Shown here: positions 45,847-56,925 of the stretch, one piece after another | Layout of the letters: each line of letters opens with the position of its first letter | How positions within the stretch are numbered: the stretch's first letter is position 1 | From: Candidatus Latescibacterota bacterium | Lineage (GTDB): Bacteria > Latescibacterota > UBA2968 > GCA-2709665 | Reading direction: 5' to 3' | Length of the DNA: 64,000 nucleotides | Assembly: GCA_963667175.2 (NCBI GenBank) | Contig: CAXXXF010000016.1 | Location: forward strand, 384,001 to 448,000 | Program-made: the position numbers and the translations under genes | Notes under the pieces: model-generated | What the model saw: the letters and a program-made list of their open reading frames with translations, nothing else | What the model was told of the DNA's origin: nothing | Database searches by the model: none

Positions 45847-47085
45847 CTATTTCAGGTAGGCGGCTTCCACTTTCTCTAAAGCGGCCACAATGTCGGACAC
45901 TTCCCGCTCCCCGTAGTTCTCGTGGACGGGCATCGTAAAATGGCTTTCAGCGGCCTCGACCGCGTTGGGACACGGGAAGGTGGCATTGCGGTCGCCCTTG
46001 TAGTCCGGAAGCCCCCAGGGATAGTCGGTGTTTCCGAAAACCCTGCGTTCCCTGAACCAGGACGCCTCGGACGGGATATGCCTGTAGGACACCGACCCGG
46101 GAATGCCCTCCGCGGCCAGCGCGCGAACGAAACCCGCCTTGTCCACGTTCAGTTTCTCCGTATCCAGGTGGAACCGGAGGAACCAGTACACGCATTCCGT
46201 CCCCGGTGCCTGCCTGCCCATGGAGACGGCCTCCAGATGTTCGATGCCGTCGCGTATCGCATCTCCCGCCTGTCGCCGGTTGTCCGCAATCTCCCCCAGG
46301 CGGCGCAACTGGACACGGCCGATGGCCGCCGCCAGGTCGCTCCCGTTCATATTCAGGCTCGCCCTCACGTTGGAAAGCCCGCTGCCCTCCAGATTGTACG
46401 GTTTGCCCCGATCCGAGAAGCGCTTCACCCGCCAATAGAGATCGTGGTCCTTCGCGAAGATGACCCCGCCCTGGGAACCGGTGGCGTGATGTTTGCCGCT
46501 CATCGTCGAAAACGTCCCCATCGTCCCCATGCTGCCTACCATTCGTCCCCTGTATCTGGCGCCGTGGGCCTGCGCGCAATCTTCGATCACGGGCAGGCCG
46601 CGCGAATCGGCCAGCTCCAGAATCGGGTCCATGTCGGCCGGTTCGCCGGCGATATGCGCCACGATGATCGCCCGCGAATGCTCCGTCAGCACGGCTTCGA
46701 TCTGTTCCGCTCCGGCGTTGAACGTGCCCGGTGCGGCGTCCGCCACCACCGGAACCAGGTTCAGCAACGCCACGGGCATCACGCCTCCGGGATCGGTGAT
46801 TGGTGGCGCCACGACCTCGCCCGGGACCTCCGGTTCGAGGCCTCCCAGCGCCGCGTAGAGAGAGTTGGTACCCGAATTCACGAGGTCGGCGTATCCGCCG
46901 CCCATGAAATCCGCGAAGTCCCGTTCGTACGCCCGCTCCTCCGGGCCATCGTACCCGAACGCGTTGCCCGACCGGATACTTTCGTCGAAGAGCGCCATCA
47001 CGGCCTGTTTCTCTTCCTCCCCGAAAAGGCGCCGCGCGGGCATCGGCACGTTACGGACCTTCTCACCGCCATCGATCGCCAGCAT
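45847..47085 (-). CDS. DegT/DnrJ/EryC1/StrS PLP-dependent aminotransferase
   Basis: NSGT, IEDCAQAHGA, FS....KH...GG. Confidence 0.9.
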   Translation of the reverse strand: MLAIDGGEKVRNVPMPARRLFGEEEKQAVMALFDESIRSGNAFGYDGPEERAYERDFADFMGGGYADLVNSGTNSLYAALGGLEPEVPGEVVAPPITDPGGVMPVALLNLVPVVADAAPGTFNAGAEQIEAVLTEHSRAIIVAHIAGEPADMDPILELADSRGLPVIEDCAQAHGARYRGRMVGSMGTMGTFSTMSGKHHATGSQGGVIFAKDHDLYWRVKRFSDRGKPYNLEGSGLSNVRASLNMNGSDLAAAIGRVQLRRLGEIADNRRQAGDAIRDGIEHLEAVSMGRQAPGTECVYWFLRFHLDTEKLNVDKAGFVRALAAEGIPGSVSYRHIPSEASWFRERRVFGNTDYPWGLPDYKGDRNATFPCPNAVEAAESHFTMPVHENYGEREVSDIVAALEKVEAAYLK

Positions 47086-48007
47086 ACCAGTTGCCTCCTG
47101 AAGGTTGTTGTGTTACAGCTCCGGCAAAGGCACGCCACAGGGCATCGATGCCCTTGCCCATTGTCCGCTCATCCGAGAAACACCGGTAGACCAATCGTGT
47201 ATGCGCCGCCATCTCGTCGCCGGCCGCCAGGTCCCTGCCGTAGCACCAGTCGTGCGCGGTATCCCATCCGTGGTACTGCCCCGTCAGGTAGGTCGTGTGG
47301 ACGGGGTCGCAAAGAAACACCAGCGTGAATCCGTTGGACGAGTTCCGGGCGGCCAGTACGGGCAGGCTGAAGTCCCTGTCTTCCAGGTCCCGATGCAAAC
47401 CTCTGACCGGGTCACCGTATCGACCATCCCGAAGCATTTCCCGCGACCGGCGGTCTCTGACGATGCCGAACGTCCGGTTGATTTCCACGCGGTTATCGAG
47501 CCTTGTCCAGGTTCGAGTCCCGTCGGCATTGCCCAAAGACACCCAGGTCTCATCGAAATCTTCGGCAACGTAAGAGGCAAAGAAAACCTCGAAACGCCGT
47601 ATATTCACCGAAGGCCGGATGATCATCTTCAGGTCCACCGCGTCGCCATGCGGCCGGTAAACGAGATCCATCGCAAAGCGGAATTCCGGCTCCTCCGGGA
47701 AATGTATGGCCACCCCGTCCTCGGACAATTCGTGCGCCACCTTCCTCGCCAGAGAGAGCCGCCTGGGGTACATGACCATGCCCGAACCGGGCTTCAGGTA
47801 ATATTCCGCGTTCAGGAATGCCTTATTGTGCCGCACCACCCCGACCCTGTAGTCCCGGTGCATCAACCCGCAGATGCCGTGGTAGTTCATGTACGGTTGT
47901 ATACCGCCCATAATCTCGCCGGTATCGAACTCGTAGCACTGAGACAGGGTGCTCCAGGCAATCTGCACGACCGTCCTCCGAGAAAACCGCGTTTCGTCCC
48001 GGCACAC
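47063..48007 (-). CDS. hypothetical protein (start uncertain)
   Basis: long ORF overlapping the aminotransferase start; no recognised motif. Confidence 0.6.
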   Translation of the reverse strand: MCRDETRFSRRTVVQIAWSTLSQCYEFDTGEIMGGIQPYMNYHGICGLMHRDYRVGVVRHNKAFLNAEYYLKPGSGMVMYPRRLSLARKVAHELSEDGVAIHFPEEPEFRFAMDLVYRPHGDAVDLKMIIRPSVNIRRFEVFFASYVAEDFDETWVSLGNADGTRTWTRLDNRVEINRTFGIVRDRRSREMLRDGRYGDPVRGLHRDLEDRDFSLPVLAARNSSNGFTLVFLCDPVHTTYLTGQYHGWDTAHDWCYGRDLAAGDEMAAHTRLVYRCFSDERTMGKGIDALWRAFAGAVTQQPSGGNWYAGDRWR

Positions 48008-48186
48008 GCAGGAAAACCGGCGTCCCCGATCGGGTACTGCCCCCGGGCGCCCTTCGCCCGCAAGATAATATTCCAGGGGGTCAACGCAACCGGATTCTGG
48101 ACGCGAAAAAAGCGCGAGAATCGAGTTCCCGCGCCAGTTCCAGGTTGAAATTCGCCGATGGCGTCACCGGCCGTTTGCCGGCAGAC

Positions 48187-48891
48187 TCAGTTTCCGCCGG
48201 CTTGCTCTTTCGTTGCCGCCGTATCCGCCGCGGCGTCCAACTCCAGCATAAGCGGGCTCGACGTATCCCTCCTGGCATCGATCAGCACCGGAGAAGCCGG
48301 TGACGCTGCCGCGGGAGGCGCCGCCGCGTCCACGTCGATATCCGGACCCGTCGTGTCCGCTCCAGCCGGCTCGGGCTTTCGGCCCCAGAAGTCGGGCGTC
48401 GCATTCAGATAATAGGTAATATTGTTGTTGGTCAGATAGACCGCTTTCCCGGACCCGAGACGCACGTAATTCTTGCTCCAGTCTCTCTTCGACTGGCCAA
48501 ACACAAAAGCGGCCAGTTCCGCGCCCCCGGCGTCCCTGACGGACAGCCGGATGCCGGCTGAGTCGTCCACGGAATACACGGTCCACCGGTCCGCGCTCCG
48601 GGTCATCAGGGTCGTGCGCTCGACGTTCAGTACCCGGTCGAACAGATTGTCAATCGGCGCTTCGCGCACCTCCAGGGAATCGTGGCCCACGAGCCGCCAG
48701 ACGTCTCCGTCCAGGCGCAGCTCAACGCGCTCGCCTCCGCGTTCGATCACGACCTGCTGAACGTCGTCACGGCTCCCCGCAAAAATCCGGCTTCCCGAAG
48801 CCGTATGTCTGGTCTTGGAAAACTGGACGTAGGCGACACCCGCGGCCAGCGCCAGAATCACGATCAGCCAACCCCTCGCCCGCTTAGCCAT
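48187..48891 (-). CDS. DUF4340-domain protein
   Basis: N-terminal anchor; usual position downstream of GldG-like gene. Confidence 0.7.
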   Translation of the reverse strand: MAKRARGWLIVILALAAGVAYVQFSKTRHTASGSRIFAGSRDDVQQVVIERGGERVELRLDGDVWRLVGHDSLEVREAPIDNLFDRVLNVERTTLMTRSADRWTVYSVDDSAGIRLSVRDAGGAELAAFVFGQSKRDWSKNYVRLGSGKAVYLTNNNITYYLNATPDFWGRKPEPAGADTTGPDIDVDAAAPPAAASPASPVLIDARRDTSSPLMLELDAAADTAATKEQAGGN

Positions 48892-50386
48892 ATTGCTCCT
48901 CCAACGTTCTTGCGCGCCCGGCCTCCCGACGCCACCGCAGCAGACCGTACGCGACGATCAGAACCGGCGGCAGCAGTACGTTCAACCACTTCCAGCGCGC
49001 CTTTTCGGCGTCGTCGAGTTCCGCCAGAGGACGGGTCGTTATCTCCCGGGAGCGGAGCGCCACCAGATCGCTGTCGCCCATCAGGAAATCGACGACATTG
49101 GCGATAAAGATGAAATTCTCCTGAAAAGTGCCTCCCGATTCGTCTTCAAACAGACCGGAATCCCCCACCAGAACCACCTGGCTCATACCCTGCGGTCCTT
49201 CCTGTCGTGCCAGCGCGCCCACCACTTTCCCCGGCTGATTGAGCGTGTTGAAGAACGGGTTCTCCATAGGGCGCAGATTGAAGAATCCGGTCATCACGCC
49301 GGACCGGTCGGACGTAACCATCAACGGCGTGGTCTGCGCGCCGCCGGCAGCCGAATCGGCCAGCGCGATCTCGCTGCTGAACAGCAGGCGCACCTGTTCG
49401 AGCCCATCCACCGTCAGGTGCTCGCCGAAGCGGTGTACCACCGGGAAAAACGGGTACTGTATCTGTGAACTCATCTGCAGGAATCCGTGGCGCTGGCTGA
49501 TCGTGATCGCGCTGCATCGCTGGTCCAGCACCAGGTTTTCCTTTACCTGCAGGCCCAGTGACTCCAGAAAACCGAACAGGTTCGACTGTACAGGCGTGCC
49601 GCGCTGCCCGTTCAGGTCGCCCGTGACCCGCCCCTGACCGATAAACAGATTGCCGCCCCTGTGCGTGAATGCCTCAAGGTTCTCGAGCTCGGCCTCGCTC
49701 AACGAGTCCGTCACCCCGCTGATCATCAACAGGCCGACGTCGTCGGGCACAGGCGAGGCCAGCCTGACGTTTCGGACGAGGTACGACTGCTGGAGCACGG
49801 CGGAGACGTTCCGGACCGCGGGCGGCTGGGCGCCTATGATCGCGAATGCGACTGCCTGTTTTTCCGTATCGATGAGCTTTTTGATCTGCGTGGTGATTTC
49901 GTACTCCAGACCGGTTGTGCTCTCGATCACCGGGATCACCTCGCGTCCGTCTCCGTAGAGGAAGACCATCCCCATGTAGACCCGCTTGACCTCCAGCTTG
50001 TCGTTTTCAACCACCTGCAGCTGTACGGGCTGAATCCCGTATTTCCGCGCTTCCTCCGCGAGCGCCTGGTCGTCTTCGGGCCGGAAAAACTCGAACCTTA
50101 CGCCGCCGCCGCCGAACGCTTCGTACTCTTCGAGTATATCCTGCAGGTAGCGCCGGTTGTTGCCGTACTGGCCGGGAAGATTGTCCGTAAAGTAGACCTT
50201 CATCGTCAGCAGATCTTCCACCTGGTCCACCACCCGTTTGCTGGAATCGGAAAGCGAATAGATCCCGTTCGCGGTCAGATCCAGCCGAAAAAACAGGTCT
50301 CTCGACACGAAGTTCAACGCCGCGACGATTACGACCGCCAGGAGCAGATAGATGGTGAACGAACGTCTATTGTGAACCGCAAACAT
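48884..50386 (-). CDS. GldG-like ABC transporter auxiliary protein
   Basis: RLDLT...YSLS, EYEIT..I, C-terminal TM. Confidence 0.85.
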   Translation of the reverse strand: MFAVHNRRSFTIYLLLAVVIVAALNFVSRDLFFRLDLTANGIYSLSDSSKRVVDQVEDLLTMKVYFTDNLPGQYGNNRRYLQDILEEYEAFGGGGVRFEFFRPEDDQALAEEARKYGIQPVQLQVVENDKLEVKRVYMGMVFLYGDGREVIPVIESTTGLEYEITTQIKKLIDTEKQAVAFAIIGAQPPAVRNVSAVLQQSYLVRNVRLASPVPDDVGLLMISGVTDSLSEAELENLEAFTHRGGNLFIGQGRVTGDLNGQRGTPVQSNLFGFLESLGLQVKENLVLDQRCSAITISQRHGFLQMSSQIQYPFFPVVHRFGEHLTVDGLEQVRLLFSSEIALADSAAGGAQTTPLMVTSDRSGVMTGFFNLRPMENPFFNTLNQPGKVVGALARQEGPQGMSQVVLVGDSGLFEDESGGTFQENFIFIANVVDFLMGDSDLVALRSREITTRPLAELDDAEKARWKWLNVLLPPVLIVAYGLLRWRREAGRARTLEEQYG

Positions 50387-50389
50387 CGA

Positions 50390-51103
50390 CTACCTCCACT
50401 TCCTCATCTCGAGAACCCGCAGGGTGAGCGCCAGAAACAACCAGATCATCCCCGCGAAATAGACAAGATTCCTCGAATCGATAACGCCGCGCGCAATATT
50501 CGACAGGTGGAAGTCCACACTGACGTATTGGGCGATCGTCGCCAGCCCGGCCGGTATGAAAAGCAGCAGTTTGTCCAGCAGGAAAAACACCATCACGATC
50601 GCGATCGAGATAATCAACGAAACCACCTGGTTCTCCGTCAGGCTGCTTGCAAACGTGCCAACCGCGGCATAAAACGCGCCGACGAGAACGAGTCCGATGT
50701 ATCCGGTAATGACCGCGCCGACGTCGACGTGGGTCCCCACGACAAGGAGCGTGAGAAAATGCACCAGCGTAAACAGCAGCCCCACCACGATCAGGCTCAC
50801 CGCCGCCAGGTATTTGCCCGCGACGAATTCAACGTCCTGGATGGGCATGGTGGTCAATACTTCCATGGTGCCCAGGTTCTTCTCTTTCGCGACCAGTCCC
50901 ATCGAAATGGCCGGCACGAAGAACAGGAAGACCAGCGGGACGATGTTGAAAAGGGCGCGCATATCCGACTGTCCGATAAGGAAGAACGTGCTCGTGAAAA
51001 AGTAACCGCTCAAAACCGCGAAGATCACGAGAAATATATAGGCCATGGGGCTGTTGAAATAGGAACGAAGTTCCTTGAGATAGATCGCCTTCGTATTACG
51101 CAT
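50390..51103 (-). CDS. GldF-like ABC-2 permease
   Basis: KELRSYFNSP.AY, EK..GT.E.L.T.P, TENQVV. Confidence 0.88.
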   Translation of the reverse strand: MRNTKAIYLKELRSYFNSPMAYIFLVIFAVLSGYFFTSTFFLIGQSDMRALFNIVPLVFLFFVPAISMGLVAKEKNLGTMEVLTTMPIQDVEFVAGKYLAAVSLIVVGLLFTLVHFLTLLVVGTHVDVGAVITGYIGLVLVGAFYAAVGTFASSLTENQVVSLIISIAIVMVFFLLDKLLLFIPAGLATIAQYVSVDFHLSNIARGVIDSRNLVYFAGMIWLFLALTLRVLEMRKWR

Positions 51104-52040
51104 CGGACGGCCCCTCCGCGGTGAGGTTTCTGAATACGTCCTCCAGTTGAACCCGGGCCTGGCTCATCTCCAGGATCACCCATCCATGGTCTCTGGCATA
51201 GTGAAAAATGCGCTCCCTGGGATCCGTGTCGCGGTCGTATTCCAGAACGAGCGTTCGAGACCCGTTGCTTTCCGCCGTGCCGGAAAGCACGACGCCCTCC
51301 AGCCGTTCCGGCAGCCGCCGCACGCTATCGTCTTCCGCCTGTCTGACCTCCAGCGTCAACTGCGTCTGTCCCCGGAAGCTGGACATCAACTCCTCCCGCA
51401 GACCGTCCGCGACGATTTCACCATTGTGAATGATGATGATGCGGTCCACCGTCGCTTCGATTTCCTGCAGGATGTGGCTGGACATGATCAGCGTCTTCTC
51501 GCGGCCGAGAGACCGGATCAGTTCCCGGATTTCCACAATCTGGTTGGGATCCAGCCCGGTCACGGGTTCGTCCAGAATCAGGATATCCGGATCGTGCAGC
51601 ATGGCCGTTGCCAAGCCGATCCGCTGTTTATACCCCTTGGAACACTCCTGCACCGCCCGGTGAACCACGCCGGCGAGACCGCACTGCTCAACAACGCGTT
51701 CCAATGCCTGCCGGAACACCCGTCCCTCCATGCGTCGGATCGTCGCAATAAAGGAAAGCAGGTCGTAGACGATCATTTCACCGTAGAGCGGATTCAGTTC
51801 CGGCAGGTACCCCACCCTCCTGCGGATCTCCAGGGAATCGTCCATGATGTTCATATCGTCCACGAATACGTCGCCGCCAGTTGCCGACAGGTAGCCGGTC
51901 ATCACCTTCAGCGTGGTTGACTTGCCGGCCCCGTTCTCGCCCAGAAATCCCAGAATTTCGCCATCGTTAACCTGGAAACTGATATCCCGAACGGCCCGGA
52001 CGTCACCGTAGTTCTTGACCAAGTTTTCCACCCGGATCAT
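51096..52040 (-). CDS. GldA-like ABC transporter ATP-binding protein
   Basis: GENGAGKST, SKGYKQR, ILDEP..GLDPNQ, SSH. Confidence 0.92.
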   Translation of the reverse strand: MIRVENLVKNYGDVRAVRDISFQVNDGEILGFLGENGAGKSTTLKVMTGYLSATGGDVFVDDMNIMDDSLEIRRRVGYLPELNPLYGEMIVYDLLSFIATIRRMEGRVFRQALERVVEQCGLAGVVHRAVQECSKGYKQRIGLATAMLHDPDILILDEPVTGLDPNQIVEIRELIRSLGREKTLIMSSHILQEIEATVDRIIIIHNGEIVADGLREELMSSFRGQTQLTLEVRQAEDDSVRRLPERLEGVVLSGTAESNGSRTLVLEYDRDTDPRERIFHYARDHGWVILEMSQARVQLEDVFRNLTAEGPSDA

Positions 52041-52248
52041 GCACGGTCCTCCTTCAACCCATGGTGTGACGCACTAAAATTCAACCGGGAAATTTTAAAG
52101 AAAAAGACAAATCCTGTCAAGCCCCCGGCACGAAAAAAAGAAATCACACGCATCCGCGACCCGCAACGTTCGGATGCCCGGCGCGCGCACGCCGAGACGG
52201 GCTGAGCCGAACGCGCGGAAACGAAATGGCGCATACGCCTGATTTTTC

Positions 52249-52277
52249 TTGACACGCCATTACAAATCCAGTATTAT
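52249..52277 (+). promoter_or_regulatory. sigma70 promoter of ilvN-leu operon
   Basis: TTGACA-17 nt-TATTAT. Confidence 0.75.
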
Positions 52278-52321
52278 TCGGATTTTAAGATCCGGATGGA
52301 TCCCTATCGGAGAGTGCGACG

Positions 52322-52471
52322 ATGAATTCTCACCCTTTGCGTAGCGCACCGGCAACCTCCGGCGCCTTCCCCGTACCGGCTTCGCGCGCGGCTTTCGTCG
52401 CAAGCACGGATTTTCTTTTTCTCCCCGCGTCCTCCAGCCTCTTGTTGTCCGCCATCCTTCCGGACAATTGA
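52322..52471 (+). promoter_or_regulatory. putative leader peptide (49 aa) with Leu cluster
   Basis: GGAGAG RBS; ...[19 protein letters not shown] in the operon 5' leader. Confidence 0.4.
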
Positions 52472-52598
52472 ACGCACACAAGAGGCTCTCTTCCACGTCG
52501 AATCACCTGAAAACTCAAAATACGCCGATCCCGGAACGAGCCTCTCGGGCGATCGCCAGGCCCTTGCCCTGTCATGTCTTTGCCATGAGGAACGAACA

Positions 52599-53126
52599 AT
52601 GCCGACAAGACATACCATTTCCGCGCTGGTCGAGAACCACTTCGGCGTTCTGTGCCGCATTTCCGGCCTCTTTTCCAGCCGCGGGTTCAACATCGACAGC
52701 CTCTCGGTCGGAGAAACCGAAGATCCCACCATTTCCCGCATGACCATTGTCGTGAGGGGCGACGACCGTGTACTGGAGCAGGTGGTCAAACAACTCAATC
52801 GGCTCGTGGACGTCATCCGGGTCATTGACATCACCCAGGGTGAATTCGTCGAGCGCGAACTGGCGCTCATCAACGTGAAGACACGAGTCGACACGCGATC
52901 CGAAATCATTCAGATCGCGGAAATCTTCAGGGCAGGCGTTGTGGACGTCAGCACCAACTCGATGACCATCGAAGTCACCGGGAAAGAGGACAAAATCGCG
53001 GCAATGATCAACATGCTGCGCGACTACGGGATCAATGAAATCGCCAGGACCGGCACAGTCGCGCTTCTGCGGGACTCCCAGATGAAGAAAGACGCCGAAG
53101 CCGTGAAACAGCAGAGCGTACCGTGA
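52599..53126 (+). CDS. ilvN: acetolactate synthase small subunit
   Basis: ACT domain [24 protein letters not shown]. Confidence 0.95.
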   Translation: MPTRHTISALVENHFGVLCRISGLFSSRGFNIDSLSVGETEDPTISRMTIVVRGDDRVLEQVVKQLNRLVDVIRVIDITQGEFVERELALINVKTRVDTRSEIIQIAEIFRAGVVDVSTNSMTIEVTGKEDKIAAMINMLRDYGINEIARTGTVALLRDSQMKKDAEAVKQQSVP

Positions 53127-53284
53127 AACGGGCAGAACCCGACAAAGCACACGACGGACCGAATTCACCTCTCATCTCGATTCGGAAACGTGAAGCCCCT
53201 GCCGGGATTTGCGGCTTGCCCGCAATCGGGCGGGTTTCTGAACCGCCGGTTGCCTGATCCGGTCGAAGGAGGCGAAAACACCCC

Positions 53285-54829
53285 ATGGACAGTCGAGACC
53301 GTGTCATCATCTTCGACACCACGTTGCGCGACGCCGAACAAACGCCCGGCGCCAAACTCTCGGTACGGGAGAAGGTGGAAATCGCTCAGCAACTCGGCAG
53401 ACTGAAGGTGGACGTCATCGAAGCCGGCTTTCCGATCTCGTCGGCAGAAGACTTCGAAGCGGTACGGCGAATCGGACAGGAAGTCGAAGGTTCGGCCGTA
53501 TGCGGCCTTTCCAGGGCCGTCATAAAGGATATCGATCGTGCCGGCGAAGCGCTCAGAGACGCCGCCAATCCCAGGATCCACACGTTCATCGGCACCTCGC
53601 CGAACCATATCGCGATGGTCGGCAAATCCACCGACGAGGTTTTCGGCATGGCCGTCGATGCCGTCAAGAGGGCGAGGGCGTACGTCGATGACGTCGAATT
53701 CTCGCCTATGGACGCCGCCCGTACAGAACCCGGGTACCTCTATGCGATCATAGAGGCCACCATTGAAGCCGGCGCATCCACGGTGAACATTCCCGATACC
53801 GTGGGCTATGCCGTCCCCGAACAGTTCGGCGGCCTCATCCGAAATATACGCGAGAATGTCCCCAATATAGACCGGGCCGTCATCAGCGTGCACTGTCACG
53901 ACGACCTCGGGATGGCGGTCATCAACAGTCTCACAGCCATCCTGAACGGCGCGCGGCAGGCGGAATGCACCGTCAACGGCCTGGGCGAGCGCGCGGGCAA
54001 CGCCTCGCTCGAGGAAATCGTGATGGCAATTCGCACACGGGGAGATTATTTCCGGCTGTATACGAATATAGACACAAAGGAAATCTGTCCGACAAGCCGG
54101 CTCGTAAGCCGGTTGATGGGCATCCCCGTTGCGCCCAACAAGGCAATTGTGGGCGCCAACGCCTTCGCGCACAGTTCCGGTATACACCAGGACGGCGTCC
54201 TGAAAAACCGTACAAACTTCGAAATCATCGACCCGAAAGACGTAGGCCTCGAAGCCACGAGCATCGTGCTCACGGCAAGATCGGGACGACACGCCCTCCG
54301 GCACCGCCTCGAAGAACTGGGATACCACCTTGAACAGAACGACCTGAACAAGGCGTACGAGCGATTCCTTATCGTTGCCGACAAGAAAAAGGAAGTGTAC
54401 GACGAAGACCTTATGGCCATTGTCGAGGACGAGATCCGGGATATCCCCGAAAAATACAAGCTTCAGTATATGCACACCACCAGCGGCACCGGCACCATCC
54501 CCTCCGCCACCGTGCGGATTTGCATTGACGGCGAAAGTGAAATCCAGGAGTCCGCCTGGGGCGATGGCCCGGTCGACGCCACCTACAAGGCCATCGCCAA
54601 CGCCACTTCGACGGACGCCCGGGTCGACGAATACCATATCCGTTCCGTCACCCACGGCGCGGAAGCGATGGGTGAAGTGACCGTTAAAGTAACCGGGCAG
54701 GAAGACGGCGCCACGGGCAGGGGCGCATCGACGGACATCATCCAGGCCAGCGCAAAGGCCTACATCGACGCCCTGAATCACCTTGCCTTGCGCGCGGGCG
54801 TAAGGCGGCACCGGACGGAAGCGGTATAG
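53285..54829 (+). CDS. leuA: 2-isopropylmalate synthase
   Basis: DTTLRD.EQ, HCHDDLG, GERAGN, HSSGIHQDG, G.GPVDA. Confidence 0.95.
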   Translation: MDSRDRVIIFDTTLRDAEQTPGAKLSVREKVEIAQQLGRLKVDVIEAGFPISSAEDFEAVRRIGQEVEGSAVCGLSRAVIKDIDRAGEALRDAANPRIHTFIGTSPNHIAMVGKSTDEVFGMAVDAVKRARAYVDDVEFSPMDAARTEPGYLYAIIEATIEAGASTVNIPDTVGYAVPEQFGGLIRNIRENVPNIDRAVISVHCHDDLGMAVINSLTAILNGARQAECTVNGLGERAGNASLEEIVMAIRTRGDYFRLYTNIDTKEICPTSRLVSRLMGIPVAPNKAIVGANAFAHSSGIHQDGVLKNRTNFEIIDPKDVGLEATSIVLTARSGRHALRHRLEELGYHLEQNDLNKAYERFLIVADKKKEVYDEDLMAIVEDEIRDIPEKYKLQYMHTTSGTGTIPSATVRICIDGESEIQESAWGDGPVDATYKAIANATSTDARVDEYHIRSVTHGAEAMGEVTVKVTGQEDGATGRGASTDIIQASAKAYIDALNHLALRAGVRRHRTEAV

Positions 54830-54895
54830 TAACGGAAGGACCATTCAGCGCGAATTTCCGGCTGCGAACCGTAATATCCGGAGGTTGCACCACCC

Positions 54896-56299
54896 ATGGG
54901 CAAGAGTCTGTTTTACAAAGTGTGGGACGCCCACGCCGTTCGCGAACTACCATCGGGCCAGACCCAGCTCTTCATTGGTCTGCATCTGATTCACGAAGTA
55001 ACGAGCCCCCAGGCGTTTCAGATGATGCGCGAACGCAGTCTCAAAGTCGCCTATCCGGAGCGCACCTTTGCCACGGTGGACCATATCGTGCCCACCGATA
55101 TCCGTACCCGCCCGCTGATGGATCCCATGGCGGAAGAGATGCTCGGCGCGATCGAGGAAAACTCGCGGGAATTCGATATTCCCCTCTTCAATCTCCACGA
55201 CGACCGTCAGGGCATCGTCCATATCATCGGTCCCGAACTCGGGCTCACGCAACCGGGCATGACCATCGCCTGCGGCGACAGCCACACGTCCACCCACGGG
55301 GCGTTCGGCGCCATCGCCTTCGGTATCGGGACCTCGCAGGTGCGCGACGTCCTCGCCACGCAGTGCCTCGCCATGCACCCGCTCAAGGTCCGCCGCATCG
55401 AAGTGACCGGCAGCCTCACGAACGGCGTGTACGCGAAAGACGTTATCCTCAACGTCATCCGCCGGCTCGGCGTCAAGGGCGGCGTCGGCTACGCTTATGA
55501 ATACGCCGGACCGGTAATCGACGGGTTGAGCATGGAAGAACGCATGTCCATCTGCAACATGTCCATCGAAGGCGGCGCCCGCGCGGGATACATCAATCCG
55601 GACCAGACCACGTTCGACTATCTCGCGGACCGGGCTTACTCGCCCTCCAACGGCGGGTTCGACCGGGCGGTGGACTGGTGGAAGACCATGGCCTCGGACG
55701 CCGACGCCCATTACGACGACGTCTTCGAGCTGGACGGGGCGGCGCTCGAGCCCACCGTGACATGGGGCATCACTCCCGGCCAGGGCGTTTACGTGACCGA
55801 AAGAGTCCCCGCCCTGCGGGATCTTCGTGACGACGAACGGGACGTCGCCGCCGAAGCCTACGAATATATGGATTTCGACGCAGGCAGCCCGATCGCGGGT
55901 ACGCCAATCGACGTTGCGTTCATCGGCTCCTGCACCAACGGCCGGATTTCCGATCTTCGAGAGGCCGCCAGCGTTGTGAAGGGGCACAGCGTGTCGGCCA
56001 ACGTCAAGGCCCTCGTGGTACCCGGCTCGGCGGCCGTGCGCAGGAACGCGGAATCGGAAGGTTTGCATGAGATTTTCCGTGAAGCCGGGTTTGAATGGAG
56101 AGAAGCAGGTTGTTCCATGTGTCTGGCCATGAACCCGGACAAGCTCCAGCACCGCCAGATCTGCGCTTCCTCGAGCAACCGGAATTTCAAGGGCCGCCAG
56201 GGCAGCCCCACGGGCCGCACCCTGCTGATGAGCCCGGCCATGGTCGCCGCCGCGGCCGTTTGCGGCGAAGTGACAGACGTACGTGCCATGCTCACGTGA
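54896..56299 (+). CDS. leuC: 3-isopropylmalate dehydratase large subunit
   Basis: [34 protein letters not shown]. Confidence 0.97.
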   Translation: MGKSLFYKVWDAHAVRELPSGQTQLFIGLHLIHEVTSPQAFQMMRERSLKVAYPERTFATVDHIVPTDIRTRPLMDPMAEEMLGAIEENSREFDIPLFNLHDDRQGIVHIIGPELGLTQPGMTIACGDSHTSTHGAFGAIAFGIGTSQVRDVLATQCLAMHPLKVRRIEVTGSLTNGVYAKDVILNVIRRLGVKGGVGYAYEYAGPVIDGLSMEERMSICNMSIEGGARAGYINPDQTTFDYLADRAYSPSNGGFDRAVDWWKTMASDADAHYDDVFELDGAALEPTVTWGITPGQGVYVTERVPALRDLRDDERDVAAEAYEYMDFDAGSPIAGTPIDVAFIGSCTNGRISDLREAASVVKGHSVSANVKALVVPGSAAVRRNAESEGLHEIFREAGFEWREAGCSMCLAMNPDKLQHRQICASSSNRNFKGRQGSPTGRTLLMSPAMVAAAAVCGEVTDVRAMLT

Positions 56300-56311
56300 A
56301 AGGGCATCCTG

Positions 56312-56908
56312 ATGAACGGCGCATCCTCCACAGTCACCCGCGTGTCCGGTCGAGGCATCCCGGTACGGGGCAACGACGTCGATACCGACCGGATCATTCC
56401 CGCCAGGTACCTGCGCAAGATCACGTTCGAGGGTCTGGGGGAGTTCGCCTTTGAAGACGAACGTAAATCCACGGACCATCCTTTCGACGACGCCCGGTAC
56501 CGGGGTGCGTCCATTCTGGTGGTCAATGCCAACTTCGGATGCGGATCCTCCCGTGAACACGCGCCGCAGGCGATCATGCGCCGGGGTATCAGGGCCATCG
56601 TGGGCGAGTCGTTTGCCGAGATCTTCCAGGGCAACTGCACCGCGATGGGTTTGCCCTGCGTAACGGCGTCCGCTGCGAGCATTCAGACGCTGATGGAGGC
56701 CATCGAATCCGATCCGACACGGGAGATCAGCGTCGACCTGGAAGCAAAAACCCTGGCTTGCGTCGACCTGGGCGTCGAGGTCCGGATCCCGGACGGCGAC
56801 CGAATTCAGCTCCTGGAAGGGACGTGGGACGCCACCGGGATGCTTCTGGCCGGCCGTGAGGCCGTTCGCTGCGTTGCGCGAAATCTCCCCTACATCTCAG
56901 GTTTCTAA
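56312..56908 (+). CDS. leuD: 3-isopropylmalate dehydratase small subunit
   Basis: DTDRIIPA, NFGCGSSREHA. Confidence 0.96.
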   Translation: MNGASSTVTRVSGRGIPVRGNDVDTDRIIPARYLRKITFEGLGEFAFEDERKSTDHPFDDARYRGASILVVNANFGCGSSREHAPQAIMRRGIRAIVGESFAEIFQGNCTAMGLPCVTASAASIQTLMEAIESDPTREISVDLEAKTLACVDLGVEVRIPDGDRIQLLEGTWDATGMLLAGREAVRCVARNLPYISGF

Positions 56909-56925
56909 CCCTTTGGAGGAACCCA

